The notes beneath the pieces are model-generated. The model was given only the letters and a program-made list of their open reading frames with translations, had not been told where the DNA came from and did not search any database. From a virus (taxonomy: Duplodnaviria; Heunggongvirae; Uroviricota; Caudoviricetes): DNA of 64,000 bases. This document shows, piece after piece, positions 1 through 10,800 of the stretch. Location of the stretch: positions 141,624-205,623 of the IMG/VR virus record IMGVR_UViG_3300033067_001661. One strand, 5' to 3'. Both the position numbers and the translations under genes were made by a program. How positions within the stretch are numbered: position 1 is the stretch's first letter; each line of letters starts with the position of its first letter.

Positions 1-1730
1 TCAGTTCCGTTAAACCTAATACCGCTGATGCCGCTTGGAACATCATTATTATTGAGCCAAACTACATCTTCGCTTGAAGACAAAAGCACAGGATTATCGC
101 TAAAGTCATACGCAAACGTTCCTGTTGATTCATTAAGATGCCAAAGTCCAATAGTATTAGAGTCTCTTTTAACACCTGAACCTGCAATTGTTCTGTAAGT
201 AAAACCGCCAACTCCACGAGGATAGATCTTGACTCTAGGAGAAGCCTTCAAAAATCTGCCGTTACTGAAAATGCCATTTGAATCAAAGGTATATGCGGCA
301 TAGTAATATTGTTCGTTTTCTTCAAGCTCGTCGTCAAATGCTCTTTCAACAAAACCTTCTGTAACTATATCTCCGTCAAGAGGGCCTGTAGGATAAGCTC
401 CAAGCTTTCTAATGATTCGAACACCAGCATATCCGCTTTCTTGATCGGCGAAGAAAGCAGAAGCAACGTCTGCTATATTGTTTGTATTTACCTGATCTGT
501 CTCTACAACCGCAAAGAAATTCAGCTTGATAGGAGTAGACCCAAGGCTTAGAAGATTATACTTCACTTCGCCGGGATAAGTCGCTTCAAGCCTATCAATC
601 ATTCGTCTTGTTATTTCGTGCCTTAGCCCGCCGCTATCGTTCCAGCTAAGAGAACCGCTTTGGTCCATAACAACAGAAACCAACCTATCAGGAAGATTCA
701 AGGCAACCTTATTCGTAGTTGAATCAATATCAACTATTTTGGTTTGCAAAAATACAGGCTCTAAGTCGTCTATATCAAACTTCTGAACAACCTTTGTCGC
801 AATAGCCGACGCCGGAACAATCAGTTTACAAGCATTCTCATTTATAGAATCTCTAAACGAGTAAAATCTAATAGCATAGTTTCGAGTACAATCAAGATTC
901 CAAACTCTTAGAGATGAGTCATAAGATAGAGCGCAAGAAACGCTGTAAGGATCAAAGACTGGCTCTTCATTTTCAGCATAATCCCAAATAAGGTACAAGT
1001 TATCGCTTGATCCAGAAACAAACAAAGCCGCTGCGTAATGCAATGTAAAGCTTATGGAAGAATTTCCAGGCAAAGGGTCCAAAGCAAAATTGTACCAATT
1101 ATCGTCTTTGATTTCTTCTATTGTTGTCTTGTAGCTATATATTGGTATCGCGTCGCCGGGAGATATGTTATCATTGACTTCGTACATTCTAAAATGCAAA
1201 GTCAAAAACTTGCTCTGATACTCTATAGAATCAAGCATTGTTTCAGAAGAACTTATAATCACAGAGTCTATGTAAGACTTCTGTGTTTTAGGCTTTATAG
1301 ATAGCTCAAACTTCTTATTATCTTTGATAACAATTGTTGCAGAAACCCAAGACCATGAGCCTGGAGTTACTGTAGCGGTATTTTCGGAACTTGAAAAACC
1401 GTCAACGAGTAGTTCATAAGAAAACTGAGAAACATCTGTTTGAGTTCTCACTCTAATAAAGACATTATACTTTCCAGCCTTCGCTGCCGTAACAGGGTAA
1501 GACAAGACAGGATAGGAAGGGGTTCCAATGGCCTGAGAAATAGCCATAGAACCTGAGCCGTAAGAACCGTCCACAACAACGTCAAATACCGCCGATGGAT
1601 CGCCTTGCTCAAGCCTTGAAAAATTAGAAGCGTCAAACGCAGCGAAACCGTCTTCCGGCACTAAGAAAGAAGCCGAAGAATCGGTCTTGCCAACGGTTCG
1701 AATAAAAACAGAAGCTTTAGTGAGTATCAT
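1..1730 (-). CDS. Large tail-tip/adhesin protein, 3' end truncated by the window edge (vWA MIDAS motif, FN3-like segment, start of LamG-like domain); missing from the ORF track
   Basis: Read manually: ATG at 1730-1728 overlaps the TGA of the upstream gene (ATGA). The segments translated are in one frame down to base 2: MILTKASVFIRTVG..., LVSVVMDQSGSLSWND (DxSxS MIDAS at ~651-665), FDDELEENEQYYYAAYTFDSNG (FN3-like), DSNTIGLWHLNESTGTFAYDFSDN (LamG-like start). Confidence 0.85.
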   Translation of the reverse strand, partial: MILTKASVFIRTVGKTDSSASFLVPEDGFAAFDASNFSRLEQGDPSAVFDVVVDGSYGSGSMAISQAIGTPSYPVLSYPVTAAKAGKYNVFIRVRTQTDVSQFSYELLVDGFSSSENTATVTPGSWSWVSATIVIKDNKKFELSIKPKTQKSYIDSVIISSSETMLDSIEYQSKFLTLHFRMYEVNDNISPGDAIPIYSYKTTIEEIKDDNWYNFALDPLPGNSSISFTLHYAAALFVSGSSDNLYLIWDYAENEEPVFDPYSVSCALSYDSSLRVWNLDCTRNYAIRFYSFRDSINENACKLIVPASAIATKVVQKFDIDDLEPVFLQTKIVDIDSTTNKVALNLPDRLVSVVMDQSGSLSWNDSGGLRHEITRRMIDRLEATYPGEVKYNLLSLGSTPIKLNFFAVVETDQVNTNNIADVASAFFADQESGYAGVRIIRKLGAYPTGPLDGDIVTEGFVERAFDDELEENEQYYYAAYTFDSNGIFSNGRFLKASPRVKIYPRGVGGFTYRTIAGSGVKRDSNTIGLWHLNESTGTFAYDFSDNPVLLSSSEDVVWLNNNDVPSGISGIRFNGT

Positions 1731-3454
1731 GTATATATACTTATTTGTTTCTTAAAGACATTATCGTACCAATCTTTGACTTCAATCAGTACGTCACTCC
1801 AGAACGATGTTGTAGGAGTATCCCAAGCCCCTTCCCAAACGCCAAAATTCCTAATGCCTATTGATATTGCATACTTAATAGTTTCGACCCAAACCTTTCT
1901 AAACTGTACTGTATTTGTATCGTTTGAATTGTAGGGAGAGGAAACCGAACTCTGTACGGAACCGTCATTTCGGACGTTCCAAGCCGAGAACCAAGGACAC
2001 ATCGGGTTATCCAAACCTCCTGCAACAACACCATTATAGAGTCCCCTTCTCATATGCTGCATTCTAAACCAATTCCAGTCTGAAAAATCAGCAGGATAAT
2101 AGTTGGAAAAATCATAAGTCATGTAATTTCTAAAAGTTGACAATCTTGGATCTATTGCCGAAAAACCTTGATTAAAGAAATTGTTAAGGTCTTCTGAAAC
2201 ATACAGAGAGAAATCAGACTGATCAAAACAATACATACTAGCAGATTGCATCCAGTTAGTAAACGTAGGCATTGTGTCAAAAATGGCATAACCATTCATC
2301 GCTCTTAGACTTGTATTCTGAACGCCAATTCTTGTTGTTTTATGATATTTTGTATACAGGCTTTGTTGCGCGTTTGAAAAAACCATATTTGGAAAATGCT
2401 GCAAAGCAGGCTCACAAGATGCCTTCCATATGCAATAATCTCTAGAAGTAGTATACAAAACAGCAGCCCTCCAAAAACCTTCAAAAGCCTTTGGCGTTCT
2501 TACATATCCATCGGTAGCAAAATCAAGACAAGGCCAAGAACCTCCGTCTCTATGATTCGCCTGACTCCAAAACTGCTGAAAAGTTCTTTGCCCATCAACT
2601 AAAAAATCCGTATCTGATGAACGCGAATCTTGTAAACAACAACTTATGTATCCAATATCATTAAGACCAAATTGATCTACACAAGCAAACTGAGCGTGAG
2701 TTCCTGATATTGGATAAACCGCAACTCCTGGATAAAAATCCAATCCGGTTGATTCAACATTGAAATTGCAAAAATATGGATCTTTGTAACCTATATTAGT
2801 AAGACCAAGTTTGAGTTTTGTCCAAAACTCCGTATCCCAACTACTGTTATTATCTATACCGTTCTTTGACCACATACCATAATTCAATCCATTCAATATG
2901 GAAGGTCTCTCTTCCGGTCTATTCATGAATAGAAAAGTATTAGGCCCATCTGGAGTGCCATTAAGATCAGGAGGAAAACCAGGCGGATATCCCCAAGTAA
3001 AGTTTCTAATTGAATACTCAAAATCAGTCCTTCCGACAGACTGCATTTGAGAGTTCATATAAGGAATAATCTCTTGACAAATTTGATTAACAAAATAGTC
3101 AACATTCCTTACAACAAGTCCTGAATCTCTCGGGTTGTACCTGATATGAGGCATAACCCAAGGATGACTCCATAAAGATTGATTCTGAACATCTGGTCCT
3201 TGCAAACTTCCAGTGAATACACTTTTCTGAAAAGCTTGCTCAAAAAGGAAATAGGGTTCTCTATCAAATTGAGGACGACCAATCGGCAAACTTAAATCAG
3301 GAACAAAATCTGGAAGTTCTGGCCAATTTCTTTTTGACTGAAAACCAGAACCAACCCTAACTATCTGCCCTTTTCCGCTAGATTTTCTTCCTATATATTC
3401 CATGTTTGACTCTTTAGTTACTCTGTAATACCAGGGATCTCCACAGCCATTCAT
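1727..3454 (-). CDS. Hypothetical protein, possible glycoside-hydrolase-like TIM barrel (virion-associated depolymerase candidate)
   Basis: 575 aa, aromatic-rich; FCNFNVE, PMCPWF, GIRNFGVW segments resemble barrel strands of GH-like proteins; AGGGG SD-like sequence upstream. Confidence 0.5.
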   Translation of the reverse strand: MNGCGDPWYYRVTKESNMEYIGRKSSGKGQIVRVGSGFQSKRNWPELPDFVPDLSLPIGRPQFDREPYFLFEQAFQKSVFTGSLQGPDVQNQSLWSHPWVMPHIRYNPRDSGLVVRNVDYFVNQICQEIIPYMNSQMQSVGRTDFEYSIRNFTWGYPPGFPPDLNGTPDGPNTFLFMNRPEERPSILNGLNYGMWSKNGIDNNSSWDTEFWTKLKLGLTNIGYKDPYFCNFNVESTGLDFYPGVAVYPISGTHAQFACVDQFGLNDIGYISCCLQDSRSSDTDFLVDGQRTFQQFWSQANHRDGGSWPCLDFATDGYVRTPKAFEGFWRAAVLYTTSRDYCIWKASCEPALQHFPNMVFSNAQQSLYTKYHKTTRIGVQNTSLRAMNGYAIFDTMPTFTNWMQSASMYCFDQSDFSLYVSEDLNNFFNQGFSAIDPRLSTFRNYMTYDFSNYYPADFSDWNWFRMQHMRRGLYNGVVAGGLDNPMCPWFSAWNVRNDGSVQSSVSSPYNSNDTNTVQFRKVWVETIKYAISIGIRNFGVWEGAWDTPTTSFWSDVLIEVKDWYDNVFKKQISIYT

Positions 3455-3466
3455 TTTACTCCCCTA

Positions 3467-6400
3467 TTAGTTTATTGTTGAGCCTGTAGCAAGTTTTCTA
3501 ATGAAGCTCTCGGAGGCAAGTTTGAAGTAGGCATTTCCGAAGAGCCATATGTCTGAATTCACTATCAAAACCTTATGTATAGTTGGAAGTTTTGAAGTTG
3601 TATGAACTACAAAATCATCGGCATAAACAACATAACGACCGTCAGATAGTCCTATTAGCGACTTGGTAAAATCAGAATCTATGTCATTAACACCAATAGC
3701 AGCAGAGTCTTCAATATCTCCAAGAATATCAAGAAGCTGTAACGAAAGATTTCCGCTATAGAAAGAACCTCCATCTTGGAAAAGCCCCTTCGTTGTTCCG
3801 AACAGCATTTGAGAACGGTGTTTTTGAAGCTTATTGACAATTTGATTGTTTAGAACACCAACCCTATTCCAGTTAAATCCATCAGTTGAATAATAACTCT
3901 CTCCGCTATCAGAAACAGCCATTGCAGCGTCAGGAGAGGACATAACATTAACAGGTAAAGAAGTTGAAACAACCTTGGTCCAAGTTGACGAAGAATTCTT
4001 CCTTGCGTAAACTCCGTCTTCTGCGCCAATAACAAGATTACTTCCAAATATACTTACAAAACTATGTAATTTCTTTGGTAAACCAGAGGCCGTATCTTTA
4101 GTTATCTTCTGAGTATTTACGTCAAAGAAGTATAACTTAGATTCGTCAAGAATGTAGACAGTATTTTGATATTTTCTGATATCCTTAACCAAAAGGGTTC
4201 TATCAGATTTGAAAGATAGTCTATTTACTTCTTTTGTTACTGTGTTTATTGTTAGAACTCCTCCATAGCCTCCAACAAAAACATAACCAAGCTCAGGAAC
4301 GTTTAGTACCGCATTGGCGCATGGAAGAGACAAATTCCTATTGCCAAGGTCCGTAAAGACTTCATAATCAACAGTTGAGTTTTCCTTATCATACCAATCA
4401 GAATTGCATGGAATGCAATATTTAGCTTGATACGGCGGAGCAACAGAATCTTGCAGACCTGGACTAATTCTCTCGCCAGCAAGACCTCCAGACAGTATGT
4501 TGGAATGATGTACTTGGCTCAAATGAGACGGAGCGCCAGAGTTTACCCATTCAAAAGTATCTTCTATCGTCCAATGCGGCATTCCAACATTCACCAAAGA
4601 AGGGTTAACTATATCAAGCTCAACTCTATTATACTTAGCAAGAGCCTTAGGGAGTTCAATGATTCCATCAATAGAATTTGCTACTGCAACAATTTCAAAA
4701 CCTGAATAGTCTTCTGGAAACTGATCGCCAACGCCACCAGAAGGAACGTTCTTATATCTCTGAACACCAAACCCTTCTATCTGATCTCTCTTTTCGATTC
4801 CTCCTAAAGATACAATACCATACTTACCGTACTTCGCAATGAAAGAAGAACTACCTGAAAGGTCGCCTCCAACACCAAACGATATTGGCGGCGGCGGGTC
4901 AACGTCTATGTTGTATGTAAAGTTCCTTTGTTCTATAAACCTTGAAACAGGATACCAATTTTGTTGCATATCTCCCGTTGTTGCTACAGCATCATTATGA
5001 GTATAAACAGTTGCCCACCAGATGGCTCCCTGGCATCCGCTCATGTATAATGATCTGTATGTAAAGTCCGATATGTTTGGATTTGTATATCCACTTGCTC
5101 GAAGATATCCATTCCATATGAAAGGATAAAGAGGCTTATTAGCTATTCTTGCAATATCATGAAAATTCCTAAGAGACATTAAGTAAAAGATTCTTTGCTG
5201 TATAGGATCTGCTTGCTTTCTGCCTGTTTGAGAATAATACAAGTTAGCATCGTAATTGGCTGTCCTATCCCAAAGATACATTGCTGGCGAAATGAAATCA
5301 AACGCCTGCATCCATTCCTTCCAGTAATAAACTTCCAAATCTCTTAGAGAATTTGTTGCATCAGGATTCTGAGAACCAAAATCCAAACCGTCTATAGACC
5401 ATATGCCACGAGTTGGAACTGCTCCAAAAAAGCCTATCTTTTGAACATTCGGTCTTAATTGTCTAATAACATCATTTAGCTCATTTATCCAAACAATCCA
5501 ACGTTCAGCCCATTTCTTCTGCAAATAATCGTCTTGTTGTTCAAGAGTCTTACCTGAAGACCATCCTGGCTCCGACTGATCAACAGCCCATATCCACCAA
5601 TCTCTCAAAGTTCTTGCAGCCAAGCCAGAAGACGGTGAAGAGCGAATAAGAGTCGGGCTTGCGTATTGACTCATCATAATAAGACCGTTTCCAACTTGGA
5701 CGGCAACTTGATTATTTGAAGTATTGTAAGCTCTTAATTCAAAGTTATGGAAGATACTTCCCGTAAAAGTAGCTGGTATATACGGAATTCCACCAGACCT
5801 ACCAAAGCCAGTTATATTCTGATATAGAGTTGCTTTTGCTTTATCAAGTTTATCTTGTTGAAACAACCAAAGCAAAGAGTCACCAGATCCTGAAACAAAA
5901 TCATTTGTAATACCAGAAACAGGAACCCAAGAATGCTGACTTCCGCTTGGTAAAGTCCAATCATAATAAGCATCAAACTGATACAACCCTATCATTTCCT
6001 GTATATCTGGAACATTTGAACTGTAGGTTATATGAATATCTTTTGGTAAGCAAACTTTTCTACCACCAAGCAATGCGTCTCCAACTTGACATATCGAAGA
6101 CCCTCCGCCAAGAGCAAATATGGAAGAATACGTCACAAACGATTCTTTCCAACTTAGCTTATTAGGAAGAAGACATTCTCTTCTAACAATATAATCAATC
6201 GTTACAGGAACCGCCTGATGTACGCTTTCTATATATTGAACATAGTCCTCATATGCTGTGTTTGTTGTTGAAGACGGTCCATAATCGGCATACCAAGAAG
6301 CGATTGGCATGTATACCCAAGGGTCCAAACCAGAAAGCAACAAATCAAGGAACCAATCTCTTCCGCCTTTAGAATAGTCTTTGGTTAAAAACTCTGACCT

Positions 6401-7861
6401 ATCAACATATCCAGGAGCAACATAAAGGTATAATGAGTTTTCATTTCTTGCACCAGAAGCCATAGAAACAGAAGGATAAGAAGCCCTCCATCCTTGAACA
6501 TACTGTGTAACATAAGAACTCGTAATATTCTCTGGCAAACCAAGAAGAGATAATCCGCTAGCAGACCTCAAGCCGCCCTCAAAGAAGTTATCAGTTTCAA
6601 ACTGATCATGAAGAACTTCGTCTTCTTGGAAATCAACTGCTGGCTCAGTAAAATCACCAAGATTAACCTTGCTCAATGTATTATCTGCGGCAAAAATAAC
6701 TCTAAACTGGTTTTCTTCTTCCCATTCCTTAATTTCAACAAGAGAGTTTCTTAGAGACTGAGGAAGATTAGTAAAGAACGCAGGATTCTCTCCTCGGTCA
6801 TTATTTCCCCAACCGGCAATATTCAAAAACATGACAGCTTGATAGCCATATGTTTTAAGCAAAGAAACATCAACCGTTGAGTCAAGAAGCTCTCTCCATC
6901 CGCTTACTGTTTGAGGATTGACATATTCTTGTCCAGGCAGAGGAAGACGACCTTGCAAACTTTGCTTATCTTGCGTACTAAAAAGGTAATATCTTCTCTG
7001 ATTGTCTCTTGCGGTAAAATATGCCTTCGGAGCATTAGGCCCTGCAAGATTAATACCATATATCCTACCGCTAATTCTTGGTCCAACATTGGCATCTGAA
7101 TGGTTAGCCCAGAACCAAACAAAGTAAGGCTCATAAGATCTCAGAGCGGCAGTCCTTCTATAAGAAGCGCTGCCATTATATGAAGTGAAAGAGTTGTACT
7201 CTTCATATCTTAGCCAAACTTTCCAGGTTCTAGTTTCACCCGCCTGAAACTTATCAACAATACCTTTATCCGTATTGACATTTCCCTCTATTCGGAAATA
7301 AGCCTTAAGAGTTGAAGCGTCAAAATCTCCATAAATCTTGAATGGATACGAATAGTTAGTCGAAACGCTTGTCATCTGGCAAGCGGCGCTTGCTAAACCT
7401 GTTTTCCAGTTTTCAATAGCCAAGCAAGGAGCAAACCAATTAACGCCATATATAGCGTTTGGATTTCCAAACTTGTCTGTTGATGGATTCTTGACTGCCG
7501 GATAAGCAACAGCCTCAGGTCTCATACCGTATGAATCATGATTCATATGATTGAGAACGTGTCTGTAAAAAGAATTAGCTCCAGCGCCAACCCAATTGGG
7601 ATGATACATCCCTGAATTAATACGAACAAATGGAGCAGATTGCTGCACCTGTGTCTTGTTCTTGACTGTAATAGTTAGATTTACGCCTCTTGATTCAACA
7701 AGCTCCCTATTGACAGTTACTTCCCAAGTCGCTCCATTATTTACAAGCGGAGTACCATTGGAACTATCTCTTACAATAGAAGAATCATAATCATTTGGGT
7801 CAAACCATACGAGTTTCTGGCTATTAGGGCTACCAGCTTCTCTTGGCGAAAATAGTGACAT
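3467..7861 (-). CDS. Multidomain tail-associated protein with glycoside-hydrolase-like (GH56/hyaluronidase-like) barrel and C-terminal beta-propeller
   Basis: 1464 aa; IFHNFE, IRQLRPNVQKIGFFG, DFISPAMYL, KPLYPFIW, GCQGAIWW; C-terminal YYSTDGFNW Asp-box and propeller-like blades. Confidence 0.6.
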   Translation of the reverse strand: MSLFSPREAGSPNSQKLVWFDPNDYDSSIVRDSSNGTPLVNNGATWEVTVNRELVESRGVNLTITVKNKTQVQQSAPFVRINSGMYHPNWVGAGANSFYRHVLNHMNHDSYGMRPEAVAYPAVKNPSTDKFGNPNAIYGVNWFAPCLAIENWKTGLASAACQMTSVSTNYSYPFKIYGDFDASTLKAYFRIEGNVNTDKGIVDKFQAGETRTWKVWLRYEEYNSFTSYNGSASYRRTAALRSYEPYFVWFWANHSDANVGPRISGRIYGINLAGPNAPKAYFTARDNQRRYYLFSTQDKQSLQGRLPLPGQEYVNPQTVSGWRELLDSTVDVSLLKTYGYQAVMFLNIAGWGNNDRGENPAFFTNLPQSLRNSLVEIKEWEEENQFRVIFAADNTLSKVNLGDFTEPAVDFQEDEVLHDQFETDNFFEGGLRSASGLSLLGLPENITSSYVTQYVQGWRASYPSVSMASGARNENSLYLYVAPGYVDRSEFLTKDYSKGGRDWFLDLLLSGLDPWVYMPIASWYADYGPSSTTNTAYEDYVQYIESVHQAVPVTIDYIVRRECLLPNKLSWKESFVTYSSIFALGGGSSICQVGDALLGGRKVCLPKDIHITYSSNVPDIQEMIGLYQFDAYYDWTLPSGSQHSWVPVSGITNDFVSGSGDSLLWLFQQDKLDKAKATLYQNITGFGRSGGIPYIPATFTGSIFHNFELRAYNTSNNQVAVQVGNGLIMMSQYASPTLIRSSPSSGLAARTLRDWWIWAVDQSEPGWSSGKTLEQQDDYLQKKWAERWIVWINELNDVIRQLRPNVQKIGFFGAVPTRGIWSIDGLDFGSQNPDATNSLRDLEVYYWKEWMQAFDFISPAMYLWDRTANYDANLYYSQTGRKQADPIQQRIFYLMSLRNFHDIARIANKPLYPFIWNGYLRASGYTNPNISDFTYRSLYMSGCQGAIWWATVYTHNDAVATTGDMQQNWYPVSRFIEQRNFTYNIDVDPPPPISFGVGGDLSGSSSFIAKYGKYGIVSLGGIEKRDQIEGFGVQRYKNVPSGGVGDQFPEDYSGFEIVAVANSIDGIIELPKALAKYNRVELDIVNPSLVNVGMPHWTIEDTFEWVNSGAPSHLSQVHHSNILSGGLAGERISPGLQDSVAPPYQAKYCIPCNSDWYDKENSTVDYEVFTDLGNRNLSLPCANAVLNVPELGYVFVGGYGGVLTINTVTKEVNRLSFKSDRTLLVKDIRKYQNTVYILDESKLYFFDVNTQKITKDTASGLPKKLHSFVSIFGSNLVIGAEDGVYARKNSSSTWTKVVSTSLPVNVMSSPDAAMAVSDSGESYYSTDGFNWNRVGVLNNQIVNKLQKHRSQMLFGTTKGLFQDGGSFYSGNLSLQLLDILGDIEDSAAIGVNDIDSDFTKSLIGLSDGRYVVYADDFVVHTTSKLPTIHKVLIVNSDIWLFGNAYFKLASESFIRKLATGSTIN

Positions 7862-7863
7862 GC

Positions 7864-10800
7864 TTAGCCTCCGCCCTCATTATTTCTTATTCCCGAATTA
7901 GTACCCGAACCTGTCCCTGAACCCGAATTCGTCCCCGAATTGGTCCCTGAACTTGAGTCGGCTCCTGAAGTAGTATCGTCGTTAGACACAGAAGATCCAC
8001 CACCAATCGAACCTCCGCCTCCATTAGAGCCAAGAGATCCTGAGCTTCCAATAAGAGACTCTGGCAAGATACCGTCCGTGTTTAGCTCGCTACCAAAAGA
8101 ACCAATGTTTGAAGACGTAGAGTTATCTGCGTCTCTTGCCCAATCCTTATAAGAACCAAAGCTACCAAAAACAGCCTTGTTAACCAACTCGGTTGGATTC
8201 AAAAGGATAACCCTAAAAGCAGGAACAGTAAACGGCTGCTCGCTCGTTGTGCCGTCAGCATTCGTCACCTGAACAACTCTTGCGCCCTCATAAATCTGGG
8301 ACAAAAATCTCTCTATACCATACAAGGTTGAAACAACATTATCCTTTGAAAAGCCCGTAAGAGCAGTTATCTGCCCGTCTGAATTTCTTTCAACCGCAAG
8401 CAATTTTGTTCTACTATCTTCAAACTTAGCCTTAGCCAAATCCGCTCCAACCTTATGAGCATTTCTGTCATTATATGTTGGCAAAACAAGAGAAGCTATG
8501 GCAACTGCTGGTTTCTCCGAAACACTCATCTTGTTCATTCTCTTACCGTCAATGAAAAGAGAAACAGCAGATATGTAGTTTGTATCAGCCCAACCGCCAT
8601 ACTTTGCCTTATACTTTTTGTATTGATTTGCAACAGTAATAACTGAGTTAAGCTTTTGCTTAACATCAAAGCACACAAACTTCCTGAGCCTATCTTGGCT
8701 CGTACTAAATCTATATCCTATAAACTGTTTTTCACCATTTACATAAACTGTTGGTATGACTTCACTTTCGTTTTCCCAATGCAAAGACAACCTACCAGGT
8801 CTATCTGATATGAAAAGCTTATCCTCAGAACCAACAAAAAGCTTATTATCTATAACATCAAGAGATGTTGCTGGTAATATCTCATCATTTACTTTAAGTT
8901 GAGAAAAAGCTTGTTCAAAAGTAACAGTGAGGTCTGCATAAATGTCACTATCAGAAATGGTTGCCATCAAACCAGAATCAGTTGTTATGTAAATTCTGTC
9001 ATTCCATATAACCATCTTCCTTGATATCGAAGCGTTTTCCATAACGCCAATACGTTCAAAGAACTGAGAGCTAGGAGACTTTCTCCATAGCATATAATCC
9101 GTTATAGCAAAGAGATAACCATTCGAAGCAACAAGAGCAAATATAGGTCTCTGCTCCGTAAATTCGTCGCTAAAAGTCCAAGCAACACCACTATTGTAGG
9201 TTTCGAAAATACCAAGCTCATTGCTAACAACGATTCTTGATCTATCTTCGTCCCTAAGCATAGCGTATGCTTCAGTGCTTCTTGGGCCAAAAATAGGGGT
9301 CTGCTGGAAAAAGAATGAACCTTGTCCAATATCCCTTCTTAGCTTATACACACCTAAATCGCTACTGCAAAAAACATTTCCGTCTTCGTCTTCGCAAATG
9401 TCTCGAATAATCTTCGCATTTTCTGCGCCAGCAACTTCAGTCCATATACTAAAATCACCAGCCTGACCGCCACGACCAAACAAAATACCTCTGTTTGTTG
9501 CCGCAAAATACGTCTGATACTTCTCCGAGTAGAAAAACCTAAGAACAGGAGTTATTGTTTCAAATCTTCTATCCCAAGAAACACCAAAATCTTCGCTTGT
9601 ATAAATGCCGTCGCTTGTACCTGCTATTAAAACATCAGAATCGCCATGAGCTTGCATAATACAATAGAAAACGATTCCGTCTCCAAGGTCTTCTTCTCCA
9701 TCAACAGGAGCGTAGCGATAACCGTCGTCAACAGTTAGAGTGCTTATTTGAACAGGCTCAAGTCTTTCCTTAATTCTTCCACCATGATTTATAGAAGGAA
9801 TCTGAACTTTCTCAAATACTCCCACACCAACCTGCTGAGCGCTGACCCCGTTTATCCTACTCTTAGGCAGAATGTTCTGAACTTCTTCAAGATTTGAAAA
9901 CCTAACCTCAACAGTTGGAGGTTCAGAAAAAGGAAAGGTCTGTTCTGTTAACTCAAAACCTGTCGCAGCAAGACGAATCTCAAAATTTAAAGACCCCTCA
10001 ACCTTGTTGAGAGAAAACAAAACGCCATAGCTTGAAGCTTCTTCTCCATTTAGATACACCGAATATATCGTTGTTTCTGAGATATCAGTTTGGGTCGTAT
10101 AGGTTTGATTATCAGAAGTTTCCCAATCAGAAACAGTAATAACATCGCTAAGGTTTATTCTTCTATCGTTTTCTTCGTCTATATATTCATGCTTATGAAC
10201 TGCAAGTCTATTTACTGTTTCTGTTCTTACAGGATCTTCTAGTTTAGCTATGTTTCTAACACTAGAAAGATCAAACTCTGAAACGCCATTTTTGGTTATA
10301 ACCTTACCAAGCAAAATCGCATTACTAACTTGTATATTGCTTTCTGTAACAAACAAGTCAGCTTCATTTCTAAACTTACGAACAATGTAATACGCTTTAC
10401 CAGTTTTTGTTAGAGCATTGGCGTCAACATAATAAGTTACAGCAGGCAAAACTGTAGCTATAAGCTGGAAAGAAAACTTGTTACCTATAGATCTGTATAT
10501 CTCATAACCGTCAAATTGTCCTGCTGTTGGTTGCCAAGTTAGTTGAACATTTTGTCCATTCAAAGAATAAGACAAAGCCGCTGGAGGGTTCAGCGTTGTT
10601 GAAGACGTTGGCCTCAAGGTTATAAGAGCGTAATTGATATAACTATCATCAATTGGATTCAAAGATTCTTGACCAAACAAATCAACTGTTGTTACAAAGT
10701 AGATATAGGTTGTTTCATTTTCAACCTCATAATCCGTATAAGAAAATGTTGTTGCAGAAACGGTCTCAATCAAAGAAAAATCACCAGGCTCAATCGAGAC

